From Acidobacteriota bacterium (GTDB lineage: Bacteria > Acidobacteriota > Vicinamibacteria > Vicinamibacterales > CAVVIG01), in NCBI GenBank assembly GCA_020850715.1, contig JADZED010000080.1, positions 4,524 to 68,523 on the forward strand: a DNA stretch of 64,000 nt. Reading direction: 5' to 3'. A program made the position numbers and the translations under genes. Numbering within the stretch: the first letter of the stretch is position 1; each line of letters starts with the position of its first letter. Positions 47,518-56,357 of the stretch are shown piece by piece. The notes below the pieces were generated by a model that saw only the letters and a list, made by a program, of their open reading frames with translations, had not been told where the DNA came from and did no database searches.

Positions 47518-49710
47518 TCAATTCAGCAGATCGAACTGCCGCGAATACTTGACCACGAACGTCCGGTTCACCGGACCATTGCCGTCGAGCGTCTCGGTGT
47601 CGTTGTAGACGACGAACAGGCCGGTGCCCGCGGTCTGGAGCACCTGGAACCGGAGGTTCGAGGACCAGCGGTCCGTCCGATCGTTGTACTGCACGAGGCT
47701 CTGCACGAACACCTGCGGCGTGAAGTTGTAGGTGATGCGCGCGTTCCCCAGGTTGGTGCGGAAGCGCCCCTCGGGCAGATCGAAGGAACGGTAGCTCCAG
47801 GTGGCGTCCACGGTGAACGCCGCGCCCCGGCGCACCGTCGCCTGGAGCGACGGGCTGAACTGATGGCCCGTGAGAAAGCGCCCATCGTCCATCGTGAACC
47901 GCAGGAAGACCGGCTTGCGCCGATCGGAGTTGGCCTGCAGCGAGAAGCGGGGTCCGCCGTGCACGCCGGGCGGCACGACAACGCCGGGGTAGACTTCGAA
48001 GGGCTCGCGCAGGCCGTCCCAGGTGCCGTTGAGCGTGGCCGACAGCAGCACGCCGTTCTCGAAATCCCAGTCGTTGTCGACGTGCAGCTCCGCGTTGTCC
48101 AGCCCGCCGTCGAGATACTCGTACCGGGTATAGGTCATGTGCGGCAGGAGCTGGCGGAAACCGAGGTTCCGGATCGACTGCTGCCGCAGCGTTTCGGCGA
48201 ACCGGAAGAAGAGGCGGCGGTATCCGCCCGTCCGATCGAGGTAGCCGACCTCCGGGTTGAAGCCCTCGCCGGTCGCGCCGTACTCGACGCGTGCGAGATG
48301 GCGGCCGTTGTCGTAGTACGAATCGACGTTGTAGGCGTACTCGCGGCCGCTCGCGCCGGGGGTTTCGGTGCGTGCGGCGAATGCCGCAATCGAGAAGTCC
48401 TCGCCGATGCCCAGACGGGCGTCGCCGCCCCACGTCCGGTTCCAGTCGCCGTTGTTCGCGAGCGCGCCGGTCGCCGATCGGTTCACGAAGATGAACCCGA
48501 GGCCCGAGCGCTGCGGCAGTTCGCGGCTGACGCGGAACACCGAGAAGTTGTTCGCCGCGCTGCCCGCCGCCGCCTCGGTCTGCATGTTGAGGGCCCCGAG
48601 GTTGAAGCCGCCCGCCTTGCCGCTCAGCCGGCCGCCGCCGGCGATCGGCACGAGGCCGCCGTTCTGGTCGAGGCCGATCCGCCGGCTGAAGAACAGATCG
48701 AGCAGATCGCCCTTGCCGACGCGGAACAGGCCGGAGTTCTCGAGGAAGAAGGGGCGCTTCTCGGGAAACCGGAGGTTGAACCGCGTGAGGTTGATCTGCT
48801 GCGTATCGACTTCCACCTGCGCGAAGTCGGTGTTGTAGCTGAGATCGAGGTTCAGGCTCGGCGTGACGCCGACCTTGGCGTCGATGCCGGCGTTCCCGTC
48901 GAAGTCGACCTCGGCGCCCGGAACGAAGCTGCGCTCCGCGGAGCTGACCGCGTAGGGCAGCACCTTGAGGTTGCGGGGCGTCTTCAACCGCAGGCCCTGC
49001 AGTTCGCCGGCCGACGACAGGCGCTGGATGTCGTAGATCCGCGCGACCGGCGACCAGAAGGCGCGCTCGCGATGGCGCTGGATGTTGCGGGCGACGTTCA
49101 CGCCCCAGACCTGCGGCGCCGGTCCGTAGCGCAGCGTCCGCAGCGGTATGCGGAACTCCGCCGTCCACGCGTCGGCGCCGACGTGCGTCTTCACTTCCCA
49201 GCTGCCGTCCCAGCTCGTGGTGACGCCCCCCTGGTCGCGCACCTGGCCGTCGAACTGCGAGCCGGCGCTGTTGGTGCCGAACACGAAGCCGTTCTGCTGA
49301 TCGTGGAAGGTGTCGAAGATGATGCCGATCGCGTCCTGGCCGCCGAGATCGGAATCGCGCCGCGTGTCTGTCGTCACGATCTGCGACGGATTGTCGTCGT
49401 GGCACGCGACCCCGACATACACCGCCTCATCGTCGAAGACGATGCGCACCTCGGTCGGCTCCGATGCGGGGGCGCCCTCCTCCGGTTCGGCCTGCGTGAA
49501 CCCGGTGAGCGGCGTGGCCGCCTGCCAGGCCCGATCGCCGAGATCGCCGTCGATCGCCGGCGGCGTGTCGACCTGCGCCGCCGTGGCGACGAGGCGCGCT
49601 TCCTGCGCGGCGGCAGGGGAGCGCTGGCCGGCGGCGCCGGGCGCCGGTGCAGAGGCGATGAACAGGAGAACGAGGGCGACCGTGGGAAGGGCGAGGACGC
49701 GACGAGCCAT
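47518..49710 (-). CDS. CBM9-like/DUF5916 predicted outer-membrane protein, paralog 2
   Basis: ATG 49710. Signal peptide MARRVLALPTVALVLLFIASAPAPGAAG. Family blocks present. The upstream part of the 1058-aa track ORF is rejected. Confidence 0.8.
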   Translation of the reverse strand: MARRVLALPTVALVLLFIASAPAPGAAGQRSPAAAQEARLVATAAQVDTPPAIDGDLGDRAWQAATPLTGFTQAEPEEGAPASEPTEVRIVFDDEAVYVGVACHDDNPSQIVTTDTRRDSDLGGQDAIGIIFDTFHDQQNGFVFGTNSAGSQFDGQVRDQGGVTTSWDGSWEVKTHVGADAWTAEFRIPLRTLRYGPAPQVWGVNVARNIQRHRERAFWSPVARIYDIQRLSSAGELQGLRLKTPRNLKVLPYAVSSAERSFVPGAEVDFDGNAGIDAKVGVTPSLNLDLSYNTDFAQVEVDTQQINLTRFNLRFPEKRPFFLENSGLFRVGKGDLLDLFFSRRIGLDQNGGLVPIAGGGRLSGKAGGFNLGALNMQTEAAAGSAANNFSVFRVSRELPQRSGLGFIFVNRSATGALANNGDWNRTWGGDARLGIGEDFSIAAFAARTETPGASGREYAYNVDSYYDNGRHLARVEYGATGEGFNPEVGYLDRTGGYRRLFFRFAETLRQQSIRNLGFRQLLPHMTYTRYEYLDGGLDNAELHVDNDWDFENGVLLSATLNGTWDGLREPFEVYPGVVVPPGVHGGPRFSLQANSDRRKPVFLRFTMDDGRFLTGHQFSPSLQATVRRGAAFTVDATWSYRSFDLPEGRFRTNLGNARITYNFTPQVFVQSLVQYNDRTDRWSSNLRFQVLQTAGTGLFVVYNDTETLDGNGPVNRTFVVKYSRQFDLLN

Positions 49711-49832
49711 GTGACGCCTGAGATCCGATCCGTGCGAAGAAGGACGAGTGCCTCGTGGGCCTTCGATCATATCAGAGGCGCGCGCCCCGTTCGGCGCTGC
49801 GAACGAGACGCGCGCGAAGCCCGGCGGTGCGC

Positions 49833-50885
49833 CTACTTCTCGCCCATCTTCATCTTCTGCCAGTAGAGATGTCCGCCTTCGAGCTCGCCGGCGTCGTTGA
49901 GCCGCGGCGGACCGCCCAGGCGGAGCACGTCGCCGGTGAACTGGTAGAAGCGCTGCTGATCGCTGTAGGTGGCGGGATTGGTCGCGCCCTGCTGGCTGTG
50001 GATCAGGTACTGCGGGCTCTGGTTCTCGTAAGTGACGAAGCGTCCGAAGTACCCGCTGTAGCTCTGGAACGCCCTGAGCGCCTCGTCGGGCGTCGCCTGC
50101 GCCCCCGCCCACTTCGTCCGGCCCTCGCGATCCATCAGGTGGACCATCATGTGGCCGCTGTCGGTGTAGATGATGTACGACGTGCCGGCGCGCGCCGTGT
50201 TCCGGCCGCCGGGCGTCGTCCCGTTGCCATGGAACACCATCTTGCCGTCCTTCATCCGGTAGGTGTCGGTGTAGAGGAGCTTCCAGAAGCCGACGAACTT
50301 CTTCTGCTCGGCCGACAGCGGCGCCATTTCCTGCCGCTCCCAGACCAGGCGGCTCGTCGCCTGATCCTTCGGTCCGTCGCCATTGGGGGCCGGCGTGAGG
50401 ATCAGCCGCTCGCGTCCCTGCGGGGTCGTGACGAAATCGTAGTAGCGCTTCGCATCGACCGCGCCGCCCGGGTTGATCTGGCCCACGCGATGGTGCACGA
50501 CGAACCTGCCGGCGCCGTCGACCGTGTAGGTGCCGAAATAGGCGACGTACCCGCGAAGCGCCGCCTGCGCCTCCTCCGGCTTCGGCGGATTCGACAGCCT
50601 CTGCCGCACCTTCGGCTGGATGTGCACCGCCATCTGGCCGGTGTTGCTGTAGATGATGTAGCCGTTCGAGTTGAAGTCGGGCGTCGCCGCCCACGCGCCG
50701 CCCGCCTCCTTCCGCTCGGTGACGACGAGCGAATAGGTGCCGACGAAGCGCCCAGCATCGCCGGCCGGCGCCTGGACCGCCGACTCGGCTGGCGCGGCCG
50801 CCTTGGCGGCGCCGAACGCCGCCGGGATCGAGACGACCGCCGCGACAGCGATCGCGGCCAGCAGACTCCGGGTCACGCTTCTCAT
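49833..50885 (-). CDS. secreted tandem lipocalin-like domain protein
   Basis: ATG 50885. Signal peptide. Two internal repeats, each with G-Y-x-x-Y-F-G-x-(Y/F) type motifs (RGYVAYFGTYTV; SYSGYFGRFVTY) recalled from Lipocalin_5-type domains. Confidence 0.65.
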   Translation of the reverse strand: MRSVTRSLLAAIAVAAVVSIPAAFGAAKAAAPAESAVQAPAGDAGRFVGTYSLVVTERKEAGGAWAATPDFNSNGYIIYSNTGQMAVHIQPKVRQRLSNPPKPEEAQAALRGYVAYFGTYTVDGAGRFVVHHRVGQINPGGAVDAKRYYDFVTTPQGRERLILTPAPNGDGPKDQATSRLVWERQEMAPLSAEQKKFVGFWKLLYTDTYRMKDGKMVFHGNGTTPGGRNTARAGTSYIIYTDSGHMMVHLMDREGRTKWAGAQATPDEALRAFQSYSGYFGRFVTYENQSPQYLIHSQQGATNPATYSDQQRFYQFTGDVLRLGGPPRLNDAGELEGGHLYWQKMKMGEK

Positions 50886-51023
50886 GCCGTCCTCCACGGC
50901 GCGCGGAGCCCGCGCGCCAATCCTGCTGACAGAGCCGAAGGGGTGGGGCGAAAGCATATCACCGGCAATCGGACGCGAAAAAGCACGGCACGGGCGGAGG
51001 CCGCGGCGCGTAAATCCCGCATA

Positions 51024-51791
51024 ATGGCCGGTGTGGCGCGATCGCTGCTCCTGCGGGCCGGCGTCCTGTCGCTCGCCGCGCTGTCCGCCGGATTCCAGCG
51101 CGAGGCCTATCCCCCGCACCGCAGCGACGTCGAGTACGACGGCCGCTTCACCTTCGTCCGCGCGCGCTGGGGCGCCGACGGCAGCGGCCGAGGACGGCGC
51201 GGCGGCTGGAGCGCCGCCTGGAACCACGACTATCCGCGGGCCGAACAGAACTTCCTGCTGATCCTGCGGGAGCTGACGTCGATCGACGTCCGCACCGACG
51301 GCAGCCGCATCCTGTCGCTCGACGATCCCGAGCTGTTCAAGTACCCGATCGTCTTCATGTGGGAGCCCGGCTTCTGGACGCTCACCGATGCGGAGGCCGT
51401 TTCGCTCCGCGTCTACCTGCAGAAGGGGGGCTTCGCGGTCTTCGAGGACTTCGACGGCCCGCAGCAGTGGCGCGTCTTCGCGGCGAACATGCAGCGGGTG
51501 CTGCCGGGCGCGCGCTTCGAGCAGCTCGACGGCGCCCATCGCATCTTCGACTCGTTCTTCCGCATCGAGGACATCGACGCGATCGTCCATCCGATGAACG
51601 GGATGCGTCCGAGCTACTACGGCATCTACGAGGGCAACGATCCGTCCCGGCGTCTGATGGTGGTGGCGAACTTCGACAACGACGTGCCCGAGTACTGGGA
51701 GTGGTCCGGGCAGGGGCTGTTCCCGTTCGACGACACGAACGAGGCGTACAAGCTCGGCATAAACTACACTATCTACGGGATGACTCACTGA
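51024..51791 (+). CDS. DUF4159 domain protein with N-terminal signal/anchor
   Basis: Block FKYPIVFMWEPGFWTLTDAEAVSLRVYLQKGGFAVFEDF matches my recollection of the DUF4159 core. The stop shares its A with the ATG of the next gene. Confidence 0.65.
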   Translation: MAGVARSLLLRAGVLSLAALSAGFQREAYPPHRSDVEYDGRFTFVRARWGADGSGRGRRGGWSAAWNHDYPRAEQNFLLILRELTSIDVRTDGSRILSLDDPELFKYPIVFMWEPGFWTLTDAEAVSLRVYLQKGGFAVFEDFDGPQQWRVFAANMQRVLPGARFEQLDGAHRIFDSFFRIEDIDAIVHPMNGMRPSYYGIYEGNDPSRRLMVVANFDNDVPEYWEWSGQGLFPFDDTNEAYKLGINYTIYGMTH

Positions 51792-54076
51792 TGCGACTGC
51801 CTGCCGTGCTCTCCGCCCTCCTCTTCTCTGCCGGCGCCGCGTCGGCGCAAACGCTGGCCGCGGCCGATCCGCCGGCCGGGGCGGCGGTGCCCGGCGCCGT
51901 GATGCTCGCCGACGGCGAGACGCGGCCGGTCCTCGACGGGCGCGTCACCGACGACGCGTGGACGAAGGCGCCGCCCTACGGAACCTTCACCCAGCAGGAT
52001 CCCGACGAGGGGCAGCCGGCGAGCCAGCGGACCGAAGTGCGGATTCTGCTGGACCGCACGAACGTCTACATCGGCGTGATCTGTTACGACGACAACCCGT
52101 CGGCAATCGTGGTGAACCAGAGCCGCCGCGACGCGGATCTGAACGAGACCGACTCGATCCAGCTGATCTTCGACACCTTCCACGACAGCCAGAACGGGTT
52201 CGTGTTCGGCACCAACCCGATGGGGGTGCAGGCCGACGGCCAGGTCGCCGGCGAGGGGCAGACCAGCGGCGCCCAGCGCGGCTCCGGCTCGTTCGGCTCG
52301 GCGGGCGGCGGCGCGCAGCGCGGCGGCATCAGCGGCTTCAACGCGAACTGGGACGGCGACTGGGCGGTGGAGTCGGCGATCACCGAGCGCGGGTGGGAGG
52401 CCGAGTTCGCCATTCCGCTGCGGACGCTGCGCTACAGCCCGGGACGCGATCGCACGTGGGGGTTCAACGTCCAGCGCAATATCCGCCGGCGCAACGAACA
52501 GGCGTTCCTCGCGCCGATTCCGCGCGGCTACAACCTGTTCCGCGTCTCGCTCGCCGCGCCGCTCACGGGCCTCGATCTGCCGCAGCGGCGCGAGCTGAAG
52601 CTGGTGCCCTTCGTCTCGGCCGGCGCCGAGCGCGACTACACGACCAGCCAGTCGTTCGACGGCAGAGGGTCGGCCGGCCTCGACGTGAAGTGGGGCATCA
52701 CGCCGCAGATGACCGCCGATCTGACGATCAACACCGACTTCGCCCAGATCGAGGCCGACGACGAGCAGATCAACCTGACGCGGTTCCCGGTCTTCTTTCC
52801 CGAGAAGCGGCAGTTCTTCCTCGAGAACGCCTCGATCTTCCAGTTCGGCAACCCGCAGCAGATCGACTACTTCTTCTCGCGGCGCATCGGCCTCTCCGCC
52901 TCGGGCGTGCCGATCGACATCGTGGGCGGCGGCCGGGTGACCGGCAAGGCCGGCGGCTGGAACGTCGGCGCGATGGACATCCAGACCGAGGAGACGTTCG
53001 ACGCCCGCAGCGGCGCGCTGATCGCGCCGGCGAACAACTTCTCGGTCGCGCGGGCGCAGCGCGAGTTCGGCCGCTCGAACGTCGGCGGCATCTTCGTCAA
53101 CCGGAGCGCCACGACGCCGGCCGGGCGCTTCACCGCCTGGAACCGCGTGTACGGTCTGGACACCGCGATCCAGGTCTCCCAGAACGGCAAGCTGTTCGCC
53201 TTCGCCGGGCGCTCCGACACCGAGGGGCCGAAGGGCAGCGACTACTCCGGCCGGCTGTTCTACACCTACAGCAACCCGACCTGGGCGGTCTTCGGCGGGC
53301 ACGCGATCGTCGGCGAGCACTTCAACGCCGAGGTCGGGTTCGTGCCGCGCGTCGGGGCGCAGCGGACCGACTGGCGCATCGGGTACCAGGGGCCGGCGCT
53401 GAAGAACAGCTTCTTCCGCCGCACGTCGCCGCACACCTCGGGCTTCCTGTTCCTCGATCTCGACGGGCAGGTGCAGACCAAGTACTGGCACCTGCACTTC
53501 TTCGAGATGCAACTGCAGAACGGCGGCCGCGTCGGCTACGAGATCAACCTGAACAGCGACCGCCCGCTCGTGCCGTTCACCATTGCCGACGAGCCGGGCC
53601 GGTCGCCGGTCGTCATTCCGGCCGGCTACTATTCGTGGGCCCAGGGCATGGCGACCTTCACCTGGAACCCGAGCGCGCCGGTGTTCTGGGACGTCCGGAT
53701 TACGCACGGCAACTACTACGACGGCACGAGCGTGGGCACGCAGAGCAGCGTCGGCGCCCGCTGGGGCGATAGGTTCCGCGCCACCGTCGGCATCAACAGC
53801 GACAGCGTGGACCTGCCCTACGGCAGCTTCACCACGCTCCTGATGCCGATCAAGGCGACCTGGGCCTTCAATCCGCTGACGACGCTGGCCGCGCTCGTGC
53901 AGTACAACAACCAGACCCGGACGCTCTCGTCCAACGTGCGGCTCGCCGTGCTCGATCGCAGCGGCACCGGGCTCTTCGTCGTCTTCAACGACAAGCGCGA
54001 CACCACGCGATTCACGCCCGAGGTGCAGCTCGGGCGATCCTTCATCGTCAAGTACGCGCGGCTGTTCGATTTCTGA
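51791..54076 (+). CDS. CBM9-like/DUF5916 predicted outer-membrane protein, paralog 3
   Basis: TGATG junction with DUF4159. Signal peptide MRLPAVLSALLFSAGAASAQ. Family blocks present. C-terminal ...KYARLFDF. Confidence 0.85.
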   Translation: MRLPAVLSALLFSAGAASAQTLAAADPPAGAAVPGAVMLADGETRPVLDGRVTDDAWTKAPPYGTFTQQDPDEGQPASQRTEVRILLDRTNVYIGVICYDDNPSAIVVNQSRRDADLNETDSIQLIFDTFHDSQNGFVFGTNPMGVQADGQVAGEGQTSGAQRGSGSFGSAGGGAQRGGISGFNANWDGDWAVESAITERGWEAEFAIPLRTLRYSPGRDRTWGFNVQRNIRRRNEQAFLAPIPRGYNLFRVSLAAPLTGLDLPQRRELKLVPFVSAGAERDYTTSQSFDGRGSAGLDVKWGITPQMTADLTINTDFAQIEADDEQINLTRFPVFFPEKRQFFLENASIFQFGNPQQIDYFFSRRIGLSASGVPIDIVGGGRVTGKAGGWNVGAMDIQTEETFDARSGALIAPANNFSVARAQREFGRSNVGGIFVNRSATTPAGRFTAWNRVYGLDTAIQVSQNGKLFAFAGRSDTEGPKGSDYSGRLFYTYSNPTWAVFGGHAIVGEHFNAEVGFVPRVGAQRTDWRIGYQGPALKNSFFRRTSPHTSGFLFLDLDGQVQTKYWHLHFFEMQLQNGGRVGYEINLNSDRPLVPFTIADEPGRSPVVIPAGYYSWAQGMATFTWNPSAPVFWDVRITHGNYYDGTSVGTQSSVGARWGDRFRATVGINSDSVDLPYGSFTTLLMPIKATWAFNPLTTLAALVQYNNQTRTLSSNVRLAVLDRSGTGLFVVFNDKRDTTRFTPEVQLGRSFIVKYARLFDF

Positions 54077-54235
54077 TCCCGTCGAGACGCCGGTCGCCCA
54101 ATCGCCGGCTGGGGAGCGATCGGCGTCCGCTGTTCACGGCGGCGAGCGCCGGGCCCGGCGCTTGAGATCCGCCGGTCTCAGGCCGGCCGCCCTGGCCGGT
54201 TCGCACCGCCGGGCGCGAGCGGAGACGAACGCCTC

Positions 54236-54409
54236 GTGGACCGTGCTCGCTGAAGTACCACCACCGGGGCGACGGGTGGCCGCGAGCGGGGCGCCCCGCC
54301 GGGCGCGGAGCCGGCGCCCGTGATACGCGTTCTTCGGCGGGCAGCCGGTGGGGCTGTTCGCGGACAGGATCCGGCGCCCGGCGGTACCGATTCGGCCGGG
54401 ACAGTCCAC
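54236..54409 (+). repeat. copy B of the conserved about 175-nt intergenic element
   Basis: See copy A. The 3' half (85 nt) aligns without gaps. Lies 160 nt after the paralog-3 stop. Confidence 0.8.
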
Positions 54410-54506
54410 CGGCCGCTGGAGCGCCGCGGCGCAGCCACGTGACGCCGATCCAGGCTGCGGGTCGACAATCGCGCGGAGCGAGATGCCGGCAGCGCGTACT
54501 CTCTTC

Positions 54507-54535
54507 TTGCCAATGGCCGGAAACGGGCTTAACGT
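54507..54535 (+). promoter_or_regulatory. promoter TTGCCA-17-TAACGT for the lipoprotein gene
   Basis: TTGCCA 54507-54512, 17-nt spacer, TAACGT 54530-54535. Downstream are SD GGGAGGG and ATG 54587. Confidence 0.35.
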
Positions 54536-54586
54536 GGCTCTCATGTGAGCCGATCCCCGCCGTTCATCCGTCACGGGAGGGTAGTC

Positions 54587-55000
54587 ATGGGTCATTGGTC
54601 CAGGCGCGCTCTTCTCCTCACGCTGTACGCGATCGCCGCCGGCGCTCTCTTCATCGCGTGCGACAACGGCAACGGCACCTCCGGCGCGGTCGGCACCGGC
54701 GGCCAGGCGGACTCGCCGATCGCGATCGCCTCGAGCGCCCGCGGGCTCGCCATCACCAACAACGGGCGCACGTCGCTGACCGATCTGCAGATTGCGATCA
54801 AGCCGACGGGCAGCGCTCCGACCTTCCAGCGCGCGATCCCGGCGCTGGCCGCCGGCGAGCGCCGCGAGATCGCGCTGACCGACTTCAAGTCGAGCACGAA
54901 CGTGATGCTGAACCCGATGTTCATCACGCCGAAGGAGGTGACGCTCACCGCGAAGGACGAGACGGGGAAGGACGTCAGCCTGACGGTGCCCTGGAAATAG
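54587..55000 (+). CDS. small lipoprotein of unknown function (137 aa)
   Basis: SD GGGAGGG. Lipobox GALFIAC. No recognisable domain. Confidence 0.6.
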   Translation: MGHWSRRALLLTLYAIAAGALFIACDNGNGTSGAVGTGGQADSPIAIASSARGLAITNNGRTSLTDLQIAIKPTGSAPTFQRAIPALAAGERREIALTDFKSSTNVMLNPMFITPKEVTLTAKDETGKDVSLTVPWK

Positions 55001-56294
55001 CATCCGCCGGACGGCGATCGGGTCCGGCCGCCCCTCCGGGGTCGAGCAGGGGCCTGCCCGCGCGCAGCAGATGGTCGAGCCACGCGCCGGCGGCCTGCGA
55101 GGTCAGCACGGCGACCAGCACGAGCGTCGTGTAGAAGCTGGCGTTGATGATCCGCGCGTCGAACGCCACGCTTGCCAGCACGATGCCGGGCCCGCCCCGC
55201 GCGTTCAGCACGATCGCGAGATTGGCGCTGTCCTGCCAGGAGAAGCGCGCCAGGCGCGCGCCGAGCCCCGCCGACACCAGCTTGACGGCGCATGCCGCGG
55301 CCATGAAGACCAGCAGCATCCGGAAGGAAAACGCGCGCGTCAGCTCGAGCTGGTACCCGACGACCGCGAAGTAGAGCGGAATGAAGACCGCGAACGCGAC
55401 CTTGGAGATCGTCGCGATCGCCTCGCGCAGGTCGCGCTCGCGGATCAGCGCGTAGCCCGCGAGAAAGGCCGCAAACACCAGGCTCACGTCGAGCGCCGCC
55501 GCCGCCGCCGTGAACGCAAGCAGCACGACCATGGCGTAGGCGACCGGCGACTGCCGCGCCAGGACGTTCCAGCGGGCGGCCGTGATGCGCTGGACGGCCG
55601 GCGGCCCGAGCGCCAGCCCCGCCGCGAAGAAGCCGATCGCGCTGAAGACGTGCGTGGCGACGACCCCGGGCGCCAGCGCGCCGGCGCCGGCCATCGCCGT
55701 TGCCACGGCCAGCACGGCCCAGAGCACGATGTCTTCGACGACGGCGACACCCAGCACGAGGCGTGCGAACCTGGTATGGAGGATCCCGAGATCGTGAAAG
55801 ATCTTCGAGATCACCGGGATCGACGTCACCGCGACTGCGATGCCGAGCACGAGGAGCAGAGGGAGGCGCTGGCCGGCCTCTCCCATGAAGCGGTCCAGCG
55901 GGAGCGCCGGCGCGAGCGCGAGCGCGATCGCAAACGGCAGCCCCGCCCCCAGGCCGGTGAGCCAGGCAACCTCGCGCCGATCCTCGCGTCTGAAGAGACC
56001 GTTGCTCTCGGCCCCCGAGGCGAACATCAGCAGCAGCAGCCCGAGGTTGTAGAGGAAGCCGATGACGCTCTGGTGCTTCAGCCCGAGCGCCGACCCGGCG
56101 GCGGCCGGGAAGATCCGTGCAGAGAGTGCGGGCGCGAACGCGCCGAGGAGGGCGCCGCCCAGGACGACGCCGGCGAGGATCTCGCCGGCCACCCGCGGCT
56201 GCCGCAGCCTGACGAAGAGGGCGCCGAGCAGGTGCGCCGTCGCGAGGAGGGCGAGGAGCGGCAGCGCCAGCGCGCCGAATTCCGAGGCCGACAT
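54975..56294 (-). CDS. CPA2-family cation:proton antiporter
   Basis: Polytopic membrane protein. N-terminal LLGALFVRLRQPRVAGEILAGVVLG block typical of Kef/NhaP-type exchangers. The 3' end overlaps the convergent lipoprotein gene by 26 nt. Confidence 0.8.
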   Translation of the reverse strand: MSASEFGALALPLLALLATAHLLGALFVRLRQPRVAGEILAGVVLGGALLGAFAPALSARIFPAAAGSALGLKHQSVIGFLYNLGLLLLMFASGAESNGLFRREDRREVAWLTGLGAGLPFAIALALAPALPLDRFMGEAGQRLPLLLVLGIAVAVTSIPVISKIFHDLGILHTRFARLVLGVAVVEDIVLWAVLAVATAMAGAGALAPGVVATHVFSAIGFFAAGLALGPPAVQRITAARWNVLARQSPVAYAMVVLLAFTAAAAALDVSLVFAAFLAGYALIRERDLREAIATISKVAFAVFIPLYFAVVGYQLELTRAFSFRMLLVFMAAACAVKLVSAGLGARLARFSWQDSANLAIVLNARGGPGIVLASVAFDARIINASFYTTLVLVAVLTSQAAGAWLDHLLRAGRPLLDPGGAAGPDRRPADAISRAPSG

Positions 56295-56357
56295 CGCGCG
56301 TCAGTATAACGAAGATATCAAGATAGAATGAGCCCCTTGTTCCTCCCACGGACACTT

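Noticed and set aside
45949-49866. The largest ORFs in the track: 1305 aa on plus 45949-49866, 1018 aa on minus 46349-49405. Similar giants occur at 26366-29779, 5686-9933 (N-terminal part), 7615-10071, 25734-27899 and 11312-13075.
   Set aside because: Their translations are Arg/Ala/Gly/Pro/Asp-rich and low in complexity with no motifs. They overlap well-supported genes in other frames or strands (sdaA, DUF5916, amidase, AddB-like). These are typical stop-poor shadow frames of very GC-rich DNA.
49833-51788. A 651-aa minus ORF, and likewise 47518-50694 (1058 aa), 41718-44192, 13981-15207, 13133-13636 and 28295-31306.
   Set aside because: Only the 3' portions have signal peptides, RBS and domain content. 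The 5' extensions run antisense through neighbouring genes. Starts were moved to 50885, 49710, 44069, 14319, 13297 and 29632.
54975-55000. A 26-nt convergent overlap of the lipoprotein and CPA2 antiporter genes, considered as a possible antisense regulatory feature.
   Set aside because: The last residues of the antiporter are poorly constrained (Pro/Gly/Ala-rich tail). The overlap may simply reflect a late stop codon in GC-rich DNA.
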